Source: an uncultured Bdellovibrionales bacterium
GTDB lineage: Bacteria; Patescibacteriota; Minisyncoccia; Moranbacterales; UBA1568
Direction: 5' to 3'
Assembly (NCBI GenBank): GCA_964398485.1
Contig: CAYNMD010000003.1
Coordinates: 1,334 to 65,333 of the forward strand
DNA: 64,000 nucleotides
Part shown: piece by piece, positions 57,540-64,000 of the stretch
Position numbering within the stretch: the first letter of the stretch is position 1
Layout of the letters: each line of letters begins with the position of its first letter
Made by a program: the position numbers and the translations under genes
Notes under the pieces: generated by a model
Database searches by the model: none
Told to the model about the DNA's origin: nothing
What the model saw: the letters and a program-made list of their open reading frames with translations, nothing else

Positions 57540-57598
57540 TTCACCAACAGAGTATTAAAGCATTTTATCGGATAAAAATCAATGGCTACTGTATAACT
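57540..57598. repeat. promoter module copy 2
   Basis: CCAACAGAGTATTAAAGCATTTTATCGGATAAAAATCAATGG (about 90% identical to copy 1), followed by TGTATAAC. Confidence 0.5.
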
Positions 57599-57619
57599 TA
57601 AAAAATCTAAAATTAAGTA

Positions 57620-57660
57620 TAAAAAAATTCAAACGGCGACACCTGGGTAGGGTCGCCGTC
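57620..57660 (-). terminator. repeat hairpin copy 3 (minus-strand terminator of 57715..57954)
   Basis: AAAAAATTCAAACGGCGACACC-tgggt-AGGGTCGCCG. Confidence 0.55.
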
Positions 57661-57714
57661 GTAGTTGTGGCTGCTGCCAAATTTGAAGCCCTGACGCAAT
57701 GGTAGCGTGACCAT

Positions 57715-57954
57715 CTACCATGGATCATCCTTGGATGGACAAACAATTTGAGTAGAGGCGAAGTCGCCAACGTCCTGGCCTATCCATTCGGGTGGACAGG
57801 GTGTCCATTGGCCATCGTCAGCATCGAAGACATCACCCCGCTTGACCGTCTCTGGTGATCGGCGAAGTTTCCCGTAACACCAGTTGTGATCATTTCTAGA
57901 GTGAGTGTGAAACTCATCACTTGTTTGGGAATTTCCCCTAAAAGGAAATGACAT
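57715..57954 (-). CDS. small Cys-containing protein (cassette gene 3)
   Basis: 79 aa; GGGAGA RBS 6 nt upstream; own TTGACA-17-TAAATA promoter (rc of about 58011-58045). Confidence 0.35.
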   Translation of the reverse strand: MSFPFRGNSQTSDEFHTHSRNDHNWCYGKLRRSPETVKRGDVFDADDGQWTPCPPEWIGQDVGDFASTQIVCPSKDDPW

Positions 57955-58447
57955 GCTGATCTCCCGTGATCAGATCTTCAACAAGGGACCCCTTGCTGAT
58001 TGCTGGTATATTTACAGGCTTTGAGCGTAAATGTCAACGAAACTTCCCTTTACAAGCGCTCTTTTTGTGCTAGGCTAGAGCCGGATCAAGGCGCCAAGGG
58101 GGCGTAGTACACTGCTCAGTCCGATCCGTTTTTTCGTTCGTTTCGTGTTTTTCTTTACGTGTACTTGAGCAAAGACCCGTCATCTCATGTGGCGGGGAGC
58201 GGGGCAGTAGCGCCCTGCATTCGTGTTTCCTTGTGGCGATCCCCGGCGGATCTGGCATCGACGCCTGTCGAGCCTGCCCTCCGACGGGGCGACGGGGACC
58301 CGGCTGTCCAATGAAAGCCACCCCCACGCAGCCCGGGTTCCGTGCGACCTGTTGCAGCTTTTGGCTGCGAGCCTGACCGACGGTGAGCCCCCTTGGCCAA
58401 CGTACGGAAATTTGGTTCTTTTCAACTCATTCTCTCGGGAGTATGCC
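57955..58447 (+). ncRNA. GC-rich structured non-coding region upstream of RT (candidate retron msr-msd or DRT-type ncRNA)
   Basis: About 490 nt without credible ORF (only overlapping GC-frame ORFs), multiple hairpins (CGGATC...GATCCG + T-run at 58095-58160; GCAGC-tttt-GCTGC at 58365-58380; GGGACCCGG...CCCGGGTTCC), ends at RT RBS. Confidence 0.35.
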
Positions 58448-59530
58448 ATGCTTGACATGATACTGCACCCGAGAACAATCGCGGTGCTCTGTGGTGGCTG
58501 GCCCACTATCGAATTTCACGAGAAGCTTGTCCGTGGGAAAAAACGGCTAATCGGCTCACCCAATCGAGCGATGAAAAGGCTCCACGAGCTCTTTGGCCAA
58601 TACCTCAAGCAAGCTATCAGCGCGACCAGAAGCGATGGCTATGGGGTGCGCAAGCTTCCTTCATCATTTGGTTGTGTACCGGGTTCGAACCCGATGAAAA
58701 ATGCCAACGAGCATGCCAAAGGTCAGTGGTGCTTCTATATCACTGACCTTTTTGACGCTTATGGCCACGTTTCGCTAGAGCGACTGGCACGTTTAGTGAC
58801 CTTCATCCTTCGTTATGAGGACTACGCTGATGAGGTTTCGCTTGGCTGGTTTGGTCTCGATGATCGCACAGAGTATCTGACACGTGACTCCGCGTATGCG
58901 CCTACGCTAAGTTTTCTGCGGGCTCACTTTGCTGGGCAATACGGAAGAGGATTGGCTATTGGGGGACCGCTATCGCCGTACCTCATGAACCTCTACTGCG
59001 AAGTGTTTGTTGACATGCCGCTCCGCAAACTCTGCGAACGACGTGAAATTACCTACACTCGCTATGTTGATGACCTGGTTTTTTCGGCCAATCAGTTCAT
59101 TGGAAGAGAGACAAGAAGGAGAATTCGGGCCATCATTGAGCGTGGCGGCTTTAGCGTCAATCACAAGAAGTCGTGGGTGAGACTCCACTCAATGGGTCAG
59201 GCGAGCGTGACCAAGTGGGGTATCGAACGCCAAGCTAACGATGGGCGGGTACTACGTATCACCTACCCTCAGCGCAAGCGGCGACTCCTCCACGGCATCA
59301 TCCACAGTTATCTCACCCAACAAATGGACTGGCCGGAAAAGGTAAGTGGCTGCGTAGCAGAGTTCCTCTACTACTACAAACAAGCGGAGCGGAGCGGGAT
59401 GCTCACTGCTACCGACCACAAGACAATGGAGCTGTGCCTACAGTTCAAGACTGAGTGGGACAAGTACGGTGGGCCCAAGTACCAATTGGGTCGACGCTAT
59501 CAGGCAAAACTTCGTGCGAGAAAGCGCTGA
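58448..59530 (+). CDS. reverse transcriptase (retron/DRT-type, RT domain only)
   Basis: RT motifs: ITDLFDAY (motif A), GLAIGGPLSPYLMNLY (QGxxxSP-type motif B'), YTRYVDDLVFS (YxDD motif C), VNHKKS (motif D/E); NANEH resembles retron NAxxH; 361 aa, no maturase/endonuclease domain; ATG at 58448 with GGGAG RBS. Confidence 0.8.
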   Translation: MLDMILHPRTIAVLCGGWPTIEFHEKLVRGKKRLIGSPNRAMKRLHELFGQYLKQAISATRSDGYGVRKLPSSFGCVPGSNPMKNANEHAKGQWCFYITDLFDAYGHVSLERLARLVTFILRYEDYADEVSLGWFGLDDRTEYLTRDSAYAPTLSFLRAHFAGQYGRGLAIGGPLSPYLMNLYCEVFVDMPLRKLCERREITYTRYVDDLVFSANQFIGRETRRRIRAIIERGGFSVNHKKSWVRLHSMGQASVTKWGIERQANDGRVLRITYPQRKRRLLHGIIHSYLTQQMDWPEKVSGCVAEFLYYYKQAERSGMLTATDHKTMELCLQFKTEWDKYGGPKYQLGRRYQAKLRARKR

Positions 59531-59647
59531 GATAGAGACAATGGTCTTACTCGGCGCTTGTTTTTTATTTGAAATCAATGCCACAGAAGCCATAGCCAAG
59601 AAGAGGAGAAAAGGGTAGGATGGAGGTGAACGTATACTCTTTATCCT

Positions 59648-60613
59648 ATGCTCGAAAAACTCAAGAACATCTTCTATCGACCAGACTTTTTTCGAAGACA
59701 AGAATTTACTACTGGTCAGGCGCTCTCATTTTATTCCCTCTCCGTTTTCTTTCTCGTTCTTGGTCTTTCACTGATCCTTATCCCAGCCGCCTGGGGGATA
59801 AACCGTTTTTTTGAGTCAGCCCAGTGGCAAGAACAAAAGCAAATTATCGAGACACTCTATCCAGCTGGTCTCGTGCTTACTTTGGAACATGGCAAACTGA
59901 CTACCAATCAAGCTGCCCCCGTTGTTATTCCCTTTCCCAAGGAATGGGTAAAAAATGGTGCCTGCAACAAAAAGAAACATTGTGAACAGCGCGAACTTCC
60001 AGTGAATCTCTTGGTGATAGATAAAAGTGCTGAGCTCTCTCGCAAAGCTATCGAGTCTCGTGATACCCTCGTTCTCGCAAGTGAAACCGAAATTGGCATG
60101 AGCAACCCTCGTCGAGGTGAAACCAGAATATTTAGTACGGCTGAATTCAACTTTGATCAAAAGATTGTCGTAAATAAGGACTCCTTCGTTTACTGGATAA
60201 ATCGAGGAGCGAGTATAGTTCAAACAGCTATCCTTTTTCTCCTTGCTGTGCTCCCACTCATCATGTTTGTGGTGCTTTGGGTAGGGTACATCATGTACAG
60301 TCTCTTGGGCGCACTCGTGGTATGGCTCGCTGCTCATATCAGAAATCACCGGCTTACGTATGGGCGGGCATATCTTTCGACACTCTATTTGCTCCCAGCC
60401 TCATTTCTTATGATGGTGGTTATGTCAGCAATGAGTTATCGTATCCCGCTTCTCTTTACGATTATTCTCTTTGGTATGGCGCTCCTCAATTTTGACCGGC
60501 GGGCCAAGGAAAAAGTTCTTCCAGGGCCATTTACTGATACTCATGCAGCTGTAATCCAAGAGGCCCCAACCACTCCTGCACGACCAACTTCTGAGAATAA
60601 AGAGATCTCATAG
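59648..60613 (+). CDS. polytopic membrane protein (DUF1189-like), host-like composition
   Basis: 321 aa; N-terminal TM, about 150-aa soluble segment, then four TM helices; AT-rich like host. Confidence 0.4.
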   Translation: MLEKLKNIFYRPDFFRRQEFTTGQALSFYSLSVFFLVLGLSLILIPAAWGINRFFESAQWQEQKQIIETLYPAGLVLTLEHGKLTTNQAAPVVIPFPKEWVKNGACNKKKHCEQRELPVNLLVIDKSAELSRKAIESRDTLVLASETEIGMSNPRRGETRIFSTAEFNFDQKIVVNKDSFVYWINRGASIVQTAILFLLAVLPLIMFVVLWVGYIMYSLLGALVVWLAAHIRNHRLTYGRAYLSTLYLLPASFLMMVVMSAMSYRIPLLFTIILFGMALLNFDRRAKEKVLPGPFTDTHAAVIQEAPTTPARPTSENKEIS

Positions 60614-60639
60614 CAAGTAATACGTTTAATAACATTGTT

Positions 60640-60804
60640 ATGGACAAAGTGAAAGTAGAAAATCATAGTTTTACAGCGTTCTCATGGTGCGCAGGTTGGC
60701 TCTTCACGGTCGGTTTTCTTGGTCTTTCTTTTTGGAAGGGAGTCTTGGCTATCGCTATCTGGCCATACTATATCGGGGAATACGTAAGTAGTCTCATAAG
60801 ATAG
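60640..60804 (+). CDS. possible 54-aa small membrane protein
   Basis: ATG ORF MDKVKVENHSFTAFSWCAGWLFTVGFLGLSFWKGVLAIAIWPYYIGEYVSSLIR, below track cutoff. Confidence 0.2.
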   Translation: MDKVKVENHSFTAFSWCAGWLFTVGFLGLSFWKGVLAIAIWPYYIGEYVSSLIR

Positions 60805-60829
60805 GAAAATAAAACCGTTTATACCCAAA

Positions 60830-61261
60830 ATGGATCGTATGGCTGAACTGAAGACCAAGGTAAATAACAAAAGTCCATTGGCTTTTATCAAGACTATTGC
60901 TAATGAAGAGAAACGTAAGGATGCAGAGCAGTTACTCAGGATTTTTACTGAAGTAACTGGAGAGAAACCAAGGATGTGGGGTGAGAGTATTATTGGCTAC
61001 GGGCAATATCACTACGAATCAGAACGAAGCAGTCAAAAGGGCGATTGGCCACTGACTGGTTTCTCGCCACGCAAAGCAGCATTGACGATATATATCATGC
61101 CTGGTTTTGAGGCCTACGCTGATCTCATGAAGGATCTCGGCGCATGTAAGACGAGTCGATCTTGCCTCTACGTAAAACATCTCTCTGATCTTCATATCCC
61201 TACGCTCAAAAAACTCATCAAATGCTCCGTGACTGATATGCGCCGTAAATATAACGCCTGA
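60830..61261 (+). CDS. DUF1801 (YdhG-like) domain protein
   Basis: FIKTIANEEKRKDAEQLLRIFTEVTGEKPRMWGESIIGYGQYHY typical DUF1801. Confidence 0.5.
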   Translation: MDRMAELKTKVNNKSPLAFIKTIANEEKRKDAEQLLRIFTEVTGEKPRMWGESIIGYGQYHYESERSSQKGDWPLTGFSPRKAALTIYIMPGFEAYADLMKDLGACKTSRSCLYVKHLSDLHIPTLKKLIKCSVTDMRRKYNA

Positions 61262-61342
61262 TGTTTGCAGGTGACTTTGTTGACGCAGTTTCTTTTTTCG
61301 TATACAACAGCAGTATCATAGCTATCTCTTGGAGAGGGACCT

Positions 61343-61714
61343 ATGTCCAAGTCGCTTTTATTGGCTTGTCTCGTGGCAGCTATCGCGCTCGCCACTTGCA
61401 GCGGAAAGAAGGCTCACTCACAGGCAAGATCAATTCCGACCGTTCCGGACTATGAGATCAAAGCGGTCGAAGCCGCCTGTGAACATGGGGGGACAGTACT
61501 CCATTTCCTTCTTCGAGAAACTGAGGGGGAGAAACAGCCGATCACCAAGAAGATGTACTGCATCGATAAACAAGGGCGGCGGGTGCTCCGTATCGAATGC
61601 AGTCACCAACGCTCTCGCTGCGAAACGCCAGTGGTGACCGAGGATTCAGTCGAGGGATTCAGACAGCTCCTTCGTGTTATGGAGGGCAATCCCAACACTG
61701 GTATCGATACCTGA
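61343..61714 (+). CDS. lipoprotein, hypothetical (GC-rich)
   Basis: Signal peptide with lipobox LATC (MSKSLLLACLVAAIALATCSG). Confidence 0.4.
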   Translation: MSKSLLLACLVAAIALATCSGKKAHSQARSIPTVPDYEIKAVEAACEHGGTVLHFLLRETEGEKQPITKKMYCIDKQGRRVLRIECSHQRSRCETPVVTEDSVEGFRQLLRVMEGNPNTGIDT

Positions 61715-61843
61715 GTTATGTTCAATCCTGGGCCACGTCCACATGTCTGGAGGTGGCCCAAGCTTTTTATAAAAAGAAGGCCCACCGACCGGTCTCAGTC
61801 AGGTGGGTTCCTTATTTGGCCAAGTTTGGCCGTTGCACTGTTC

Positions 61844-62203
61844 TCAGGTAGCAGCGTTCACATCAGCGGGCGTGAGCTGAATACTTCCATCCGGATGCAG
61901 CAGGACGAGATAGCTCGGCCGCTCCTTATTGGCATCGAGATCAGGCCGATTTGGCACTCTCAAACGAGGAAAGATGTCCAGATGACCACCCGAAGCAGTG
62001 GGGTAGAACTGTCCTTCAGCATGAGTGACGTACCGCACGCCATCCTGCGTCACCCACTTGAGACGAAGACTGTCTCCATCACGATCCTTGATGTCTTCAG
62101 TGATGATGGCATCGTTCGCCGGTACCCGGCAATCGAAACACTGTCTCAGAGCCAAGGCAAAGGCATTGCGAGCCAGCTGGGCAACTTCTTGAGAAAATGA
62201 CAT
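61844..62203 (-). CDS. hypothetical protein (GC-rich)
   Basis: 119 aa minus-strand ORF, no family recognised. Confidence 0.3.
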   Translation of the reverse strand: MSFSQEVAQLARNAFALALRQCFDCRVPANDAIITEDIKDRDGDSLRLKWVTQDGVRYVTHAEGQFYPTASGGHLDIFPRLRVPNRPDLDANKERPSYLVLLHPDGSIQLTPADVNAAT

Positions 62204-62364
62204 GGCGAATCTCCTGTGGATGAGAATCAGGGAGAGCGATGCTACCCATCACTCATGGCGCTACCTTGGCATACTCCTTGTTTTTGGTCAAGAAAAAGAA
62301 GAGCAGCAGACCCTCGGTGAGAATCTACTGCTAAAGCAGTCCGCCCAGCGCCAGTCCCTGATGA

Positions 62365-62550
62365 CTAGACGCCGTGCTTGACCTCGTCGGGCATATGGGT
62401 GGTCATCCCATTCATGGTGTCATCATCACCATCGAGGAGGCTGTCATAGGGAACGGGATCACCTCGAAAGCGCTTGAACACTGACACGATGATGAGTCCC
62501 GCCACCAGGACCAAAAGTCCGAGGAGAAGGGTGGTAAACCAGGTGGGCAT
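62365..62550 (-). CDS. small single-TM protein
   Basis: ATG at 62550 with GGAGGT RBS; TM TLLLGLLVLVAGLIIVSVF then acidic tail. Confidence 0.3.
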   Translation of the reverse strand: MPTWFTTLLLGLLVLVAGLIIVSVFKRFRGDPVPYDSLLDGDDDTMNGMTTHMPDEVKHGV

Positions 62551-62665
62551 CGAGTACCTCCAGGGCGTCAGTTGACGATACTTTATCCCTACCATAATCT
62601 CTCGAAACGAGCAAATGTAATTTGGTTCTTTGTCAAAGAGCAGTATACTCAAAAGAAAACATCCT

Positions 62666-63670
62666 ATGTTTAAAACATTGACGCTGGTTGCTGTAGCTAT
62701 TGGACTCTTTGGAGTGGTGTATTTCTTTTCTCTCTACCAAAAAGACCAGCAAAGATTACAAGAGGAAGCAAGACAATTGATACTAGAGAAAAATCAACAA
62801 AAGATCACGCCTCGATATGAGGGTGAAATTTTGACTCACGAGGAGTCTGCTTATCCAGGAACTCTTCCTGTAAAAAATTCTTCAGGAGTAGCTTTTCCAC
62901 TCCAAGGGAAGGATAATTCTCCTCAGGATACTCAAAAGAAAATTCTTCCTGATACTACTTCAACCCTGGAGAGTCCAGTCAAAGTAGCTACCAAGGATGG
63001 GAAGCAATATTTTTTAGTTGGCCAACCAATGGGCCAAAATGGAGAGGAACCTCGGAAAATAATCTTTTCTCTCCCGGGTCATGGATCTACTGCCGAACAG
63101 GATTATGCTGCCTGGAAGCCGCAGCTGATTGAGAATGGAACCTATGCACTGGCTAGTCTCAATTGGTGGGATGGCGAAGGGGAAAAAATCAATGATTATT
63201 ACCGGCCCGATGAGGTGCTGGCGCAAATAAAGGCTTTTCTTGAGACCTATGGATATACTGCTGATGATAGAGTGATACTTTCTGGTTTCTCTCGCGGAAG
63301 TACCAATACCTATCCAGTCAAAGCTTACGATGGAGTAAGTGGGACACCTATTATTGACGCGGTTATTTCTGCTTCTGGGAAATATCAGTCGGATTTTCCT
63401 CTCACGCCGCATCAGTCAAATTCACTTGATGGAAAGATCTACCAAGGAGTACCCTGGGTACTCGTCTGTGGGGAACGAGATGATAATCCTGAACGCGATG
63501 GTTGTATTGGTATGGAAGAAACAAGGAGTTACTTAACCCAAGCTGGCGCAGAAGTTCTCGCTCTCCTCAAAGATCCACAGGGTGGTCACGGGTCTTTCCA
63601 TCAAAGCCCACTCAAACTGGCTCGTCAAGCTCTCGAGCTTCTCGATGCCAAATTCGTTCAGAAGAAGTGA
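62666..63670 (+). CDS. secreted alpha/beta-hydrolase (esterase/lipase-like)
   Basis: N-terminal TM/signal, nucleophile elbow GFSRGS (GxSxG), catalytic His near C-terminus (GGHGSFH). Confidence 0.5.
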   Translation: MFKTLTLVAVAIGLFGVVYFFSLYQKDQQRLQEEARQLILEKNQQKITPRYEGEILTHEESAYPGTLPVKNSSGVAFPLQGKDNSPQDTQKKILPDTTSTLESPVKVATKDGKQYFLVGQPMGQNGEEPRKIIFSLPGHGSTAEQDYAAWKPQLIENGTYALASLNWWDGEGEKINDYYRPDEVLAQIKAFLETYGYTADDRVILSGFSRGSTNTYPVKAYDGVSGTPIIDAVISASGKYQSDFPLTPHQSNSLDGKIYQGVPWVLVCGERDDNPERDGCIGMEETRSYLTQAGAEVLALLKDPQGGHGSFHQSPLKLARQALELLDAKFVQKK

Positions 63671-63684
63671 TATAATGGAAATAT

Positions 63685-64000
63685 ATGGGAAAAAATAGTC
63701 TCCGCATAGCTTCATTTCTCTTCTCTGGCGCTCTCTTGGTAGTTGCCTGGTTTTGGGTACTCTATAGTGAGGAAAATCGCAGGCTCGCGCAAGCAGCCAA
63801 ACGAGAGACCGAGTACCTCGATGAACTCCGTGCCATCGACAGTGATCGAAAGGCTTATTTTGAGAGTATTGCTGCTACTCGCAAGGAGCAGCTCGAAGCT
63901 ATGGAGGCAGCCAAAGCCCAATATGAGGCGCTTTTAAAAAGTCAGGCTGATCAAGTCAAAGCACAAACCAAGGCTACTACTCAAGTGGTAAGTAAGCCAG
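63685..64000 (+). CDS. membrane-anchored coiled-coil protein, 3' partial (runs off window)
   Basis: ATG at 63685, TM FLFSGALLVVAWFWVLY, then Ala/Gln/Lys-rich coiled coil; no stop before window end. Confidence 0.35.
   Translation, partial: MGKNSLRIASFLFSGALLVVAWFWVLYSEENRRLAQAAKRETEYLDELRAIDSDRKAYFESIAATRKEQLEAMEAAKAQYEALLKSQADQVKAQTKATTQVVSKP

Noticed and set aside
55466-57660. Integron attC sites or a CRISPR array for the three repeated hairpins
   Set aside because: No GTTRRRY/RYYYAAC core sites and no adjacent intI. The repeats are separated by 1.3 kb and 0.8 kb of coding sequence with their own promoters and RBSs, unlike CRISPR spacers or promoterless integron cassettes. They behave as terminators.
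58448-59530. RT as a diversity-generating retroelement (DGR) RT, possibly targeting the 838-aa surface protein
   Set aside because: Motif B' is of the QGxxxSP type (GGPLSPYL) rather than the DGR-typical (I/L)GxxxSQ. No template-repeat/variable-repeat pair was seen near the RT, and the surface-protein gene is 30 kb away.
57955-59650. Group II intron
   Set aside because: RT is only 361 aa with no maturase (X) or endonuclease domain. No domain V-like conserved hairpin downstream of the RT ORF. Downstream sequence immediately returns to host composition with a normal gene.
1-64000. rRNA, tRNA, tmRNA, RNase P and CRISPR arrays
   Set aside because: Scanned intergenic regions for tRNA T-arm/acceptor patterns, conserved RNase P/tmRNA/SRP motifs and short direct-repeat arrays; none found in this window.

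Overview
This is 64 kb of a compact, gene-dense bacterial chromosome with about 45-48% GC and roughly 75 genes, mostly on the + strand. Inference only: the short AlaRS lacking a C-Ala domain, the HRDC-XseA fusion, the short HrcA and the many small membrane or ORFan genes suggest a reduced-genome, CPR/Patescibacteria-like host.

Housekeeping content, in order:
- type I restriction-modification operon (hsdR-hsdM-...-hsdS)
- a run of small accessory genes (DUF1801, SRPBCC, VOC, YgjP, GIY-YIG, TspO, DUF1428)
- mutY, AI-2E transporter, lgt
- two tandem paralogous secreted proteins with a GH73-like C-terminal domain
- a GH clan-A hydrolase, SpoU methyltransferase, HAD, VanZ
- xseA (with N-terminal HRDC) and xseB
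- 2-oxoacid:ferredoxin oxidoreductase alpha/beta
- an 838-aa Ser/Thr/Cys-rich surface protein with tandem C-terminal pilin-like TM hairpins
- rpmA, MFS transporter, scpA, scpB, dacA-like S11 peptidase, mraY, pgk, eno, PfkB kinase, ftsA, a 655-aa membrane protein
- alaS, rplU, recR (-), dnaB (-), cysS (-), corA (-), yidD
- CIRCE element followed by hrcA-grpE-dnaK

Accessory and unusual content:
1. The hsd operon carries an embedded HEPN/Abi_C-like gene and a DUF3800 gene between hsdM and hsdS.
2. Two sharply GC-rich islands (about 60% GC) flank hrcA-grpE-dnaK. The left island (49.6-51.26 kb) holds six tightly packed small Cys-containing ORFs, each with an RBS. The right island (55.4-59.5 kb) holds three minus-strand cassette genes (a polytopic membrane protein, a TM-anchored protein and a small Cys protein), each ending in a copy of the same terminator hairpin, and two of them led by a duplicated promoter module. 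These sit divergent from a complete reverse transcriptase gene that is preceded by about 490 nt of GC-rich, hairpin-dense non-coding DNA. This is a retron- or DRT-like RT-plus-ncRNA candidate.
3. An unusually AT-rich ORF sits between dnaK and the island.

No rRNA, tRNA or CRISPR array was recognised.
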